From Octopus bimaculoides (taxonomy: Eukaryota), in contig NC_068981.1 of the NCBI RefSeq assembly GCF_001194135.2, positions 132,994,182 to 133,052,511 of the forward strand: a DNA stretch of 58,330 bases. Direction: 5' to 3'. The notes beneath the pieces are model-generated. The model searched no databases. It saw nothing but the letters and a program-made list of their open reading frames with translations, and was not told the DNA's origin. Made by a program: the position numbers and the translations under genes. Of the stretch, positions 1-11,190 are shown piece after piece (the first letter of the stretch is position 1; every line of letters begins with the position of its first letter).

Positions 1-306
1 CACTTGTCTGCGTTCATGCGGAACGGCATTAAGTGTTTTCGCCTCTGGCATTAGGAGCGGGAAGTCGGCCTCGTTGAAAACCTTAGCCATATTCGTTTTA
101 AAGAATATGGCTAGGAACGAGGAAGATATGTTTGAATTTTTGGAAATAAGGCTCTAAATAGAGCTATTTCCGATTTGAAAAATATATGTTCACGAAGTAT
201 TTTGTGTTATACACAACTTATACAAAATTTTAAAACAAAATAGGTCTTTTAAGAGGTGAAAAATGCAACTTACATGGGAGCCGATGTGTCTACCGTCCGT
301 CCATGA

Positions 307-307
307 T

Positions 308-357
<50 letters not shown>

Positions 358-358
358 C
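307..358. repeat. (GATA)n microsatellite
   Basis: Direct reading; explains ORF 190..402. Confidence 0.97.
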
Positions 359-389
359 AGACAAACATGCGCGCGCGCGCACAAACAGG

Positions 390-1005
390 CAGAAAAGTTC
401 ATATGCTATGAAGAAGTGATGTTACAGCTGTGAAATCTTACATGCATTCCTTTCAACTCTTACAAATAATTGCTTTGTTTCTTTCCAGGTAAACTGATAT
501 TTGACTCTTCAAAGAAGACTTCAAAAGTAACTACTAGTGACTTCTCTTGAAGATCGACAAAATTTGGAATCGTAGTGTTATCAAGTGCCTACAGCAAAAA
601 AAGGTTTAGCCCCCAACGACATTCAAGCTTATATGATTGCTACATCAAGGGATTGGCACTCAAGGTTAATCAACAGTGTAAAAGTGGGCAACTGTATGTA
701 GGAGGAGAAAAGAGAGTCTTGAAGATGACCCAAGGTCTGGACATCATCCAATTGTGACCACCGAGGAAAATATTGATAGATGACAGGCGAGTGATTATAA
801 ATCAAATAACCAATGTTATTAGCGTTTCTTGTGAGGGAGTTGAGAATTTTACGCATAATGAACTTGACATGGCGAAGATTTCTGCTCGGTGAGTGCCACG
901 TCTTCTGACACCTGATCAAAAACACACCAGGCTGATCACATCACGGAAAAATCTCGCATTTTTTCGTGTACATCAAGCTGGTTCTTTGAACGTTTCCTAA
1001 GCCAA
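390..1005 (+). mobile_element. Mariner (Tc1/mariner) transposon fossil: 5' region and N-terminal half of the transposase, with stops and frameshifts
   Basis: Manual translation from ~553 across frameshifts: IDKIWNRSVIKCLQ / GLAPNDIQAYMIAT / STV*KWA..RRRKESLEDDPRSGH..VTTEENIDR / DDRRVIINQITNVISVS..NELDMAKISAR*VPRLLTPDQKHTRLITSRKNL. This is the mariner HTH region plus the WVPRLL linker (W mutated to stop). A possible TIR remnant GAAAAGTTCAT lies near 391-401. Confidence 0.9.
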
Positions 1006-1294
1006 ATCAAAACGAAAGAATTAATTAAATAAAATTCAACACTTAATATGAAATACTGAAATAAAGACAGAAATAACTTCACAAACTTTTTAATTTTTAC
1101 AGACTTATTAGGAAAAACGTACAAAATAGTAAAACACGTAGAAAATAGTAAAAATGTTCTGTTTTGTTTCTAGGCTTTTATGTATGTATATATGTATATA
1201 TATGTGTGTATGTATATAAGTATATATATACATGTAAAAATATATACGATATATATACGCCTACACATAGATACACACACACATACGTTCACTA

Positions 1295-1320
1295 GATAGA
1301 TAGATAGATAGATAGATAGG

Positions 1321-1356
<36 letters not shown>

Positions 1357-1397
1357 AAGATAGATAGATAGATAGATAGATAGGTAGATAGATGGAT

Positions 1398-1428
<31 letters not shown>

Positions 1429-1537
1429 TAGGTAGATATATGGATATATAGATAGATGGATAGATAGATAGATAGGTAGATAGATGGATATATAGATAGA
1501 TGGATAGATGGATAGATAGATGGATAGATAGATAGAT
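1295..1537. repeat. Compound (GATA)n/(GGAT) microsatellite
   Basis: Direct reading; explains ORF 1292..1597. Confidence 0.95.
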
Positions 1538-2104
1538 GGGGAGGGAGAGAGGGTGTGGTGGGGGAAGGGTTATGTTGAAAAGTCCGTCACAAGACACCAG
1601 GGAAATTAAAAGTAGAATGACAAGTTTTCCATTAGCTTGTTCACCTCTGCTAGGTGAAAATAGTTAATGGAACGCTGCAAAAACGTTTCTTCCTGTGTGC
1701 AAAATGATATGAAAGCCATTCTGGCAGGGCAACAACATCATTTGCCTGCACTCCCCATTGAAAAAGAGTTAGTTGAATGCATCGGCAGAAATTCGATGCC
1801 GATAAATGATATAGTTTTTCCGTAAGATACTTAAGAACTATCCAATTTCATTTGAGGAGACAATTGTAAATGGAAGCTCGATATTACAGAACGAGAAAGA
1901 GACTGACAGCTTCTTAACAACCGATATATCGCCACCTCCACCATCACCTACAACACCAGCTCTTTAACATTTGTTGCAAACGTCATTGTTGTTGTTGTTG
2001 TTGTTGTTATTGCCACCGTTACTGTAATTGTAGCTGTTGTTGTTTTTATTGTAGTCGTTGCTGTTTTTGTTGTTGTTATTGCTAGGTTTGATTTTGTTGT
2101 TGTT

Positions 2105-2235
2105 GTTGGTTTAATTCAGATCAGCTCTGATCCCGCATAATTACGATGTAATGCATTCCAGCCGTGACCATGCCATCTTTTATCCCAGCATAAGACTACA
2201 TTATCTGTGTCTTTTCATTTTAAAGATGTTAGAGT
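2105..2235 (+). mobile_element. Fragment of an interspersed repeat, family F (probable SINE tail); other fragments near 4485-4625 (+), 8480-8580 (+), 20745-20815 (-), 21480-21585 (-), 37340-37515 (+)
   Basis: Recurring degenerate blocks at these loci: GATCAG..CTGATC, GCATTCCAGCCGTGACCAT, GACTACATTAT, TTTTAAAGATG and ..GCAGGTCGA. Confidence 0.55.
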
Positions 2236-2267
2236 CTTGGGGCAATGTTATTTGCTCCAGTTGCTGT

Positions 2268-2302
<35 letters not shown>

Positions 2303-2363
2303 TCACAGCTACCACCATCACTATCACCAGCACCAAAATCACCACCACCACCACCACCACAAT

Positions 2364-2411
<48 letters not shown>

Positions 2412-2420
2412 CACAACTAT

Positions 2421-2475
<55 letters not shown>

Positions 2476-2735
2476 ACTACTGCTACTACTACTACTAGTA
2501 CTACTACTACTACCACCACCACCATTACTACTACTATTACCGGCACCACCACAACCACTATCACCACCACCAACACCACCACTACCACCTTTACCGTCAC
2601 CACCGTCACCACCGTCACCACCACTACTACCATCTCCACTATTACCACTAACACCACAACTAATAATAATACCGCCATCACCACAACCACCACCACCATC
2701 ACCACCATCACTACTACTACTACTACTACTACTAT
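2268..2735. repeat. Compound trinucleotide microsatellite (TAC/CAC/TGC)n
   Basis: Direct reading; source of the poly-Y/L/T/V pseudo-ORFs 2151-2840. Confidence 0.97.
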
Positions 2736-3222
2736 GCTAGTCAGTGATATTATAACCTGTAGCAGTGAGATTTGATAGGCGTTTCCAGAAAGGCGTGAAC
2801 ACGATTGGAAAGTTGCAACCGTTGCATTAACTGTCACCAAAAAAACAAGGGAAATTCTTGTGTGGTTGCTCCTTTTGCTAGAAATAGCAGCCGACTCTCT
2901 TTCGTGTCATTCAACCAAAGAACATTAGGTAATAGATAATTATTGGGAAAATAAATGGAGAAACAGCGGGTGATCATAACAGGATCGCCTTTGATGGATG
3001 ATAGGTTTTTCTCCCTCAGGGCTGACCTGGGGCTAAATAACAGCGACGGTAACATCAGAAATAAGAAACAACTGGAACAACAACAGTAGCAGCAAGAAAA
3101 ACAACAAAAACTGCTGCTACTACTACTACTACTACTACTACTACCAGCGTCACCACAGCTGCAGTAGTCATCAAAATTTTTTACTTTTTGCATTACCCCT
3201 TTTAACACGGACCGCATGCAAA

Positions 3223-3418
3223 GGCGACGAGCTGGTAGGATCGTTAGCCCATATATCGGGCAAATTTCTTGGAGGAATTTCTTCCGACTCTTTACGTTCT
3301 GAGTTCAAATTCCGACGAGGCCGATTTTGCCTTTTCGGGGGTCTATAAAATGAATTCCAACTGTGTATGGGGTCGATATAACCGACTGTCCAATTGGCCT
3401 AGCGACCAAATTTGAAAC
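3223..3418 (+). mobile_element. tRNA-derived SINE, family A (degenerate, full length)
   Basis: Head GGCGACGAGCTGG..TCGTTAG, B-box-like GTTCAAATTCC, body GGGGTCGAT, tail ..AAATTTGAAAC, shared with other copies in the window. Confidence 0.85.
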
Positions 3419-3484
3419 TGATGTGGACCACGTGTGAGTGAATGATAGGATGCGGGTGTGTGTGCGTTGAATGTAATAATTATT

Positions 3485-3685
3485 GATTTCAAAGTTTGGA
3501 ACATGGCCAGCAATTACGGAAGAGGATTAAGTCGATTACATCGATCCCAGTACTCAACTGGTATTTTTTTTTTATCGATCTAGAAAGTCGACCAGGGCGG
3601 CATTTGATCTTAGAGCGTAACGACGGTCGAAATACCGCTAAGCATTCTGTCCGGCGCGGTAACGATCCTTCCAGTTCACCTCCTT
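3485..3685 (-). mobile_element. SINE family A (degenerate), inverted relative to 3223-3418
   Basis: Reverse complement has the family A head, body and tail motifs. Confidence 0.85.
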
Positions 3686-3889
3686 ATGCGTTGGCTGTAA
3701 TATAAAATGTTAGAGATAGATAATAAAGTACTGGAGTTTCTTGCTGTAGATGTCACTGTTGTATTGATTTGTACTCCAGTGTATTCCAAAAGATTTGTGA
3801 CTTAACCTCGGCGTCTTAGTCCCACAGTTAGGCGCGATTCTGACTCTTCTCTTACAACATGCTAGCCCATTGCACAATAGCACAGATCG

Positions 3890-4330
3890 CAAGTCGATTG
3901 GTTAAAACGACTCCACAACTTGACAAGTATATTTTTCTACCGACCCCAGAGGGTGTAAAAGGTGAAGTTGACCTCGATGAGATTTGAAAGACATTTTGTC
4001 CAACGTTCTAATAATTCTACCAAACCATATTCTTCGAAATACCAACCTTCACAACAGGGTAATGAGGGCTGATTCAGTCGACTAAAAATTCTTCAAAGCG
4101 GTCCCACAGCATAGGCACAGTCTAATGACGGACGGAAACAAGTAAAAAGTAAAAGACATTTTAGTTCAGTTACGGAGAAGATGTCGTAGGTTCAAATTCT
4201 ACCAAAGCCTACTTTACTTTTCATCCTTGAAAGGATGATTAAAAATTGTGAAGATTAAAAAACTACGGTTGATGCAACTGATTATAACAAGCCCTGCCCC
4301 ACCACCATCACCACCAAATTTGAGGATTTG
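3890..4330. mobile_element. Cluster of old SINE fragments: family A (-) ~3890-4025, family B tail (+) ~4075-4155, family A (+) ~4185-4330
   Basis: Degenerate matches to CGACCCC..AAAGG..AAAGTTGACCTCG, to the family B tail GCGG..CAGCAT..CAGTC..GAAACAAGTAAAA, and to GTTCAAATTC. Confidence 0.6.
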
Positions 4331-4651
4331 TTACAAATCAGAGTCTATATTGGTGAGATGACTATGACAGCTAACAGGTTCTATAGAAGTGAAAGTAATT
4401 CCAACTGGAGACAGAAACCTCGTCATGATATTTGCGTATCAGTATCACATGCTGTTTCGTTGTTGATATCGTTGTAGTTGTTTTAAACCAAATAAGATCC
4501 AGTCAAACAGATCTATGATTTGAGATACTTTACGAGTTATTATTCTTTTATGACTATTTTTTTCTGACGCTGTGTATCTAGGACTACATTATTCGACGTA
4601 CCTCCTACCTTTTAAAGATGGTGCATAGTGTTTTGTCTATTCTATTTCATT

Positions 4652-4720
<69 letters not shown>

Positions 4721-4980
4721 TCAAAAGGAAGGAAGAGACCATTCTTTATTTATCCTCCCTCTTTGTCCTATCAGATCGATAAAGGATCACTTGTGATTTC
4801 TTTAACGAACACTCATTGATTGTCACGAATTTTCATTGAGGAACAATGCTACGGCTGTTTCCGCCATTGCCTTCCATCGAATGTTTTCACAAGACAATCA
4901 TATCTTGTCATCTATAGCCGATTGTGTGTGCGTGTGAGAGAGGGAGAGAGCGAGAGAGTAGTAGTTGTAGCAGCAGCAGA

Positions 4981-5012
<32 letters not shown>

Positions 5013-5049
5013 TAGTAGTAGAAGAAGAAGTTAAAAAGGAGGAAGAGGA

Positions 5050-5119
<70 letters not shown>

Positions 5120-5247
5120 AAAAAGAAGAAGAAAAAGAAGTTAAAAAGAAGAGGGGAGGAGGAGAAGGAGGAGGAGAAGAAGAAGAAGAAGAAGAAGAAG
5201 AAGAAGAAAAAAAGAAGAAGAAGAAGAAGAAGAAGAAGAAGAAGAAC
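4652..5247. repeat. (TAC)n tract at 4652-4720 and compound purine-rich triplet array (GTA/GCA/GAA/GAG/AAT/AAG) at 4955-5247
   Basis: Direct reading; explains ORFs 4628, 4820 and 5031. Confidence 0.95.
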
Positions 5248-5590
5248 AATCGACTCCAGTATTTGACTAACAATTTACTTATTGACCCCGAAAGGTTATG
5301 AAAGGCTAAGTTGATCACGACAGAATTCGAGGGTAGAACGTTTTAGATGATGCTGTAACGACTATGCATTCTCGAAGCCATAGAATGTTTTATAGGAATA
5401 TATTTCTTAGACCTATCCACCAGTATTCCGTTGCTACTTTATTTCTTGTGCCCTGGGAGAGACGAGAGGTAACATCAACGTGAGTAGGAGTTGAACTTAG
5501 AACGTAAAAAGTTGTAACTAAATATCTCAAGCGACAAAAGGACAGAGAAAGAGAGATAGAGAGAGAGAGAGGGGGAGATAGATAGATAGC

Positions 5591-5636
<46 letters not shown>

Positions 5637-5807
5637 GAGGGAAAGAGAGTGAGGGAAAGAGAGTGAGGGGGAGAGAGAGAGAGAGAGAGAGAGTAAATAG
5701 GTTTGGTTGCTATTTCTAACATATCGAGTGACCACATAAAGGCTCATAGTTCTCTCGGTAATCTGCATATTCATCTACGGCGTTTACCACAGCGGCAGAA
5801 AGAATCC

Positions 5808-6355
5808 GTTCTACCATAGGCACAAAGCCTGAAATTTTGGAGAAGGGGTGGAATCGATTACATCGACCCCCACCTCCCTTCCCTGTGCTAAACTGGTTCT
5901 TATTTCACCGACTCCGAAAGGATGAAAAGCAAAGTCGACCTCAGCGGAATACATAGCTGCAGAAATAATCTTTTCTACTCTAGGCACAAGGCCCGAAATT
6001 ATGGGGGGAGGGGCCAGTCAATTAAATCGACCCCAGTACGCAACTGGTACTTAGCTTGTTGACCCCGAAAGGGGCTAAGCATAGAGGGGACAAACGAGGA
6101 CAGACAAACGAGGACAGACAAAGGGATTAAGTTGATTACATCGACCCCAGTGCGTAACTGGTACTTAATTTATCGATCCCGAAAGGATGAAAGGCAAAGT
6201 CGACCTCGGCGGAGTTTAAACTCANNNNNNNNNNCCCGAAAGGATGAAAGGCAAAGTCGACCTCGGCGGAGTTTAAACTCAGAACGTAATGGCAGGCGAA
6301 ATACCGCTAAGCATTTCGCCCGGCTTGCTAACGTTTCTGCCAGCTCGCCGCCTTC
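5808..6355 (-). mobile_element. Three stacked SINE family A copies on the minus strand (~5808-5950, ~5970-6062, ~6064-6355); the last is full length and split by a 10-N gap
   Basis: Repeated ATCGACCCC..CTGGTACTTA..CGACCCCGAAAGGATGAAAGGCAAAGTCGACCTCGGCGGA; head ends CTCGCCGCC at ~6343-6351. Confidence 0.9.
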
Positions 6356-6826
6356 ATGGCTGCAGAAATAATGTCAACGTCTAATTTTAGTTTGGTTATT
6401 GCAGGAAAGAGGAATAGTTGATGGGTTTTGCCATGGTATATTACTGGTACTTATTTTAATAAAAGCGCTATAACGAAGAAAAAAAAAAAACAGGGTGACG
6501 CTGGTGAAATTTGAACTCTGAATAAACAGCTTTCTGTAATGCGTTTGTCTGTCTTGAAAGGCAATGGAGTTTTGCATCACTAGTCATAACAGAACAGATC
6601 CCCCTTCAGTGTAAACTTAAGTTAGGTATATGGAGATTCTGGGTAACACGGGTGTCAGAATCATCCTTTCGGTCCCTTGTTATACCGGACAGGGATTCAT
6701 ACTAGGTACTGTCAGCCGGAACCAGTCTCGTATCTGGGCCTCGTGTCAGATAGTGTCACTGCGTGACTGAGGTCACTACTCTCTACCTTAATGAATAATT
6801 ACGTTATCATTATTATTATTATTATT

Positions 6827-7353
6827 GAATGAGAGAGTAGCCATCAAAGTGACGTTGGGGTAAATATACGAAGCCCCTCATGACTTCTCGTCTGATAAGA
6901 GTATACCAGGTACAAGTATCACAACTATATGTATATGTGTGCGATATGGTGACCTCATATCTAGATAAACAGCGCATGACCTTGCAGGTGAGGTCCAGTT
7001 AGAATTTTACTCAGGTCGAGTAGCCCATCCCACTCAATAAGGGTTGTTTAAAGATGATGAACGAAACACCTGTGTTTCCAGAGATGAATTATTCGAATCC
7101 CACCAAATTCCTCTTAATACATCGCTATGATGCTCCCCCACTACTCCTGCTCGTGATCAGAGGTGCACATATTGTCAGCCACTAAGGGACATGCTCAACT
7201 GGATAAGGTCAAGCAACTGACATTCAAAACCTGTGGTATTGAGCAGAATATTTGCTGCAGCCCATCTTTATACCATGACAAAACGTACTTGATCACACTT
7301 TCAATCAGTTATGATGAGAATCCATGAGAGCCATCTGTCTGGTACTGCACCAG
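6827..7353 (-). mobile_element. ORF-less ~530-bp interspersed element, family E, embedded in an (ATT)n tract
   Basis: Colinear homology with 46499-47064 and 47081-47600; (ATT)n on both sides; no Pol III A/B boxes recognised. Strand assigned from the presumed (AAT)n 3' tail. Confidence 0.85.
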
Positions 7354-7424
<71 letters not shown>

Positions 7425-7434
7425 AACCATCATA

Positions 7435-7488
<54 letters not shown>

Positions 7489-8138
7489 GTTGTTGTTATT
7501 ATTATTATGATCNNNNNNNNNNNNNNNNNNNNNNNNNNNNNNNNNNNNNNNNNNNNNNNNNNNNNNNNNNNNNNNNNNNNNNNNNNNNNNNNNNNNNNNN
7601 NNNNNNNNNNNNNNNNNNNNNNNNNNNNNNNNNNNNNNNNNNNNNNNNNNNNNNNNNNNNNNNNNNNNNNNNNNNNNNNNNNNNNNNNNNNNNNNNNNNN
7701 NNNNNNNNNNNNNNNNNNNNNNNNNNNNNNNNNNNNNNNNNNNNNNNNNNNNNNNNNNNNNNNNNNNNNNNNNNNNNNNNNNNNNNNNNNNNNNNNNNNN
7801 NNNNNNNNNNNNNNNNNNNNNNNNNNNNNNNNNNNNNNNNNNNNNNNNNNNNNNNNNNNNNNNNNNNNNNNNNNNNNNNNNNNNNNNNNNNNNNNNNNNN
7901 NNNNNNNNNNNNNNNNNNNNNNNNNNNNNNNNNNNNNNNNNNNNNNNNNNNNNNNNNNNNNNNNNNNNNNNNNNNNNNNNNNNNNNNNNNNNNNNNNNNN
8001 NNNNNNNNNNNNNNNNNNNNNNNNNNNNNNNNNNNNNNNNNNNNNNNNNNNNNNNNNNNNNNNNNNNNNNNNNNNNNNNNNNNNNNNNNNNNNNNNNNNN
8101 NNNNNNNNNNNNNNNNNNNNNNNNNNNNNNNNNNNNNN

Positions 8139-8181
<43 letters not shown>

Positions 8182-8214
8182 CATCATCATCATCATAACC
8201 ATCATAATTATTAC

Positions 8215-8281
<67 letters not shown>

Positions 8282-8300
8282 GTTGTTGTTATTATTATTA
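7354..8300. repeat. (ATT)n/(ATC)n microsatellite spanning a 626-N gap; the same compound tract appears on both sides
   Basis: The CATCATAACCATCATAATTATT...TTGTTGTTGTTATTATTATTATGATC pattern occurs before (7354-7512) and after (8139-8304) the gap. Confidence 0.9.
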
Positions 8301-8338
8301 TGATCATTATTACTTTTTGCTGTTTCTTTTCATGTCAG

Positions 8339-8359
8339 AATATAAAGAAGACACTGCAG
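8339..8359 (+). other. Candidate 21-nt microexon of an unidentified host gene
   Basis: TTTTTGCTGTTTCTTTTCATGTCAG|AATATAAAGAAGACACTGCAG|GTGAGA: strong pyrimidine tract, AG acceptor, CAG|GTGAGA donor, length a multiple of 3, open as NIKKTLQ or (E)YKEDTA. Confidence 0.35.
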
Positions 8360-9204
8360 GTGAGAGTCGTGTGATCTGTCTCAACCAAGTAGTATCTTTA
8401 ATTATACAGAGCAGAAAATAGAAATTTTGTTGTTGATATTGTTGTCGTTGTCGGTGGTGTTGATGATATTGTTGTTGAGAAGTCGAAAAACCAACCCTGA
8501 TCGAGCAGACATATGATGAAAGGCATTAAGCCAATTACCATTACTGTCTTGCTTTGAGACATGTCTTTCTAAAGCGATTCCATTTTTGTATTTGGTTTGA
8601 AAGATTCTTGATGTGAACTCATGTGTTGAAACAGATCTTGTTACATCTCTGGAAGGTCATTATACCAATATCATGCTCTGGTTCATTTCATTTCTTTTGT
8701 TATTATTAGTAAATACTTAACATTTCACCAATAAACTAATAGATTGTTTGATTAATAGTTCGATCACTCAATCAACAGTCGATTAGATAACATGTTAAAA
8801 AGGATAATTAATTAACTGATAGCAAGAAAAGATGTGAAAAAGAACCAGAACGTGTGTTTATTATTAGGAAATAGATTATATGATATACAGACATATCTAA
8901 ATCTATATTAACTAATATGTTCTCCATTCTTTTGAAAACTAATTTGTTATTTATTTGAAGCTGTTTTAGGCTGTTTTTTTTTCTGACAGACTAAGCGACT
9001 ACATGATGATGATGATGATGATAATGATGATGATGATGACCTTCGACGTGGTTGAAGAACCAATCGCAACCAGTCGAGATTCACAGTACGAATTTTACTA
9101 TTCATTCTTTCGATGGCTGATTACAAAGCGTGGCTCACGAGGCCTCAGTTTGGGTGATTTTCCTGAATCACCATCTCACCCTTATGCGCCAATCTGTTGC
9201 AAGG

Positions 9205-9341
9205 GCACCCGTTTGCAGCTGAGTGAACCGGAACAACATGAACTGAAGTGTTTTGCACAAGAACACAACGCAAAATAATCTGGGAATCGAAGCCACGATC
9301 TCGTGATAGTGAGTGCAATACCCCAACCAATAAGTCACATG
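9205..9341 (-). mobile_element. tRNA-derived SINE, family C head and central domain (degenerate)
   Basis: Reverse complement: GTGACTTATTGGTT (A-box-like), GCTTCGATTCCC (B-box-like), TGTGTTCTTGTGCAAAACACTT central block. Confidence 0.7.
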
Positions 9342-10160
9342 ACCACATAAGAGGCTCCGCCATCGTTGGCTCCTAAAATAGATAAGTGATTAGAGGATGT
9401 AACAAAACTAAAACTTCTACATTCTATATTAGTTATCTGTTGACATCACGTTATTAACCTAGGTACATTTTGAAGTAGTAACAGCATTATCACTGGCTTA
9501 ATTTTATCCATAATAGATTTAACAATGTACAAAATGGATAGATAGTATTATAAAAGAAAAACAGTGGATTCCAAGGAAATCAATGATGATCTGCGCTGGC
9601 ACAAATCATGTATTAAAGGTCAGGAAATTGAATAAATCTGTGTGCTCCTAGAAGCGAATTATAAAGTTTCAGCCAAGATCGGTCATCGGAGAATTTTATT
9701 AGATTGGTTTTATATCTATAAGAATAACCTTGTATTCGACACTGCTTCACTAAGTATTCCTTAATGAACCGAAGGAGTTAGACTCTGCTTCATATTATAG
9801 TTTAAATTTGAAATGTGTTGCATAAGGAACCTAATGAGATGAAACCTTACTGCGAGAGAATTGTGTCATGCATCTAAGCAAGGGCCATAAATCTGCTTGC
9901 TTCAGTTTGCATGACCAACAAAAACATGCTACACTCATTTGTGCGCGCGCGCACACACACACACACACAAACATACAGACGCGCGCGCACACACACACAC
10001 AAACACATAGACGCGCACGCACACACACACACACACATCTTGCACAAGTGTTATTTTACATAAGAAGTAAAACGAGAAGAAGTCTGAATGGTGTGTATGG
10101 CAGTTGTGGGGGCGATGGTAGTGGTACGGGTGATGGTGATGGTTGAAAACTATCAACAGA

Positions 10161-10215
<55 letters not shown>

Positions 10216-10875
10216 NNNNNNNNNNNNNNNNNNNNNNNNNNNNNNNNNNNNNNNNNNNNNNNNNNNNNNNNNNNNNNNNNNNNNNNNNNNNNNNNNNNNN
10301 NNNNNNNNNNNNNNNNNNNNNNNNNNNNNNNNNNNNNNNNNNNNNNNNNNNNNNNNNNNNNNNNNNNNNNNNNNNNNNNNNNNNNNNNNNNNNNNNNNNN
10401 NNNNNNNNNNNNNNNNNNNNNNNNNNNNNNNNNNNNNNNNNNNNNNNNNNNNNNNNNNNNNNNNNNNNNNNNNNNNNNNNNNNNNNNNNNNNNNNNNNNN
10501 NNNNNNNNNNNNNNNNNNNNNNNNNNNNNNNNNNNNNNNNNNNNNNNNNNNNNNNNNNNNNNNNNNNNNNNNNNNNNNNNNNNNNNNNNNNNNNNNNNNN
10601 NNNNNNNNNNNNNNNNNNNNNNNNNNNNNNNNNNNNNNNNNNNNNNNNNNNNNNNNNNNNNNNNNNNNNNNNNNNNNNNNNNNNNNNNNNNNNNNNNNNN
10701 NNNNNNNNNNNNNNNNNNNNNNNNNNNNNNNNNNNNNNNNNNNNNNNNNNNNNNNNNNNNNNNNNNNNNNNNNNNNNNNNNNNNNNNNNNNNNNNNNNNN
10801 NNNNNNNNNNNNNNNNNNNNNNNNNNNNNNNNNNNNNNNNNNNNNNNNNNNNNNNNNNNNNNNNNNNNNNNNNNN

Positions 10876-10908
<33 letters not shown>

Positions 10909-10989
10909 AATATAAATATGTACGTGCGTATACAAAGTCACGCTCGCACAGACACGTACACACACAAGCACACATATGATTGAACACTC

Positions 10990-11190
10990 TACAGACACAC
11001 GTAACTCTGACGTAGTTCTCAGGGAGATTCAGCGTTATGCAAAATGTGATAAGGTTGGCCTTGTCCCATTCTGAATGGACTGGAGCAACGTGAAGCAGAG
11101 TGTTTTTACTTCAAGGACACAACATGCCGCCAGAAATCGAACTTATGACCTTTCGATCGTGAGCCAAATACACTGACACTATGCTACGCG
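10990..11190 (-). mobile_element. SINE family C, internally shortened
   Basis: GTAGTTCTCAGGGAGATTCAGCG tail block, TCAAGGACACAAC central block and AATCGAAC B-box complement, as in 34443-34762. Confidence 0.75.

Noticed and set aside
124-145. AGATATGTTTGA resembles the 5' end of miR-190
   Set aside because: Only 12 nt match; the rest diverges and no clean pre-miRNA stem forms around it.
2151-2840. Long overlapping ORFs of 115-203 aa (poly-L/T/V/Y)
   Set aside because: Stop-free translations of trinucleotide microsatellites; open in several frames on both strands.
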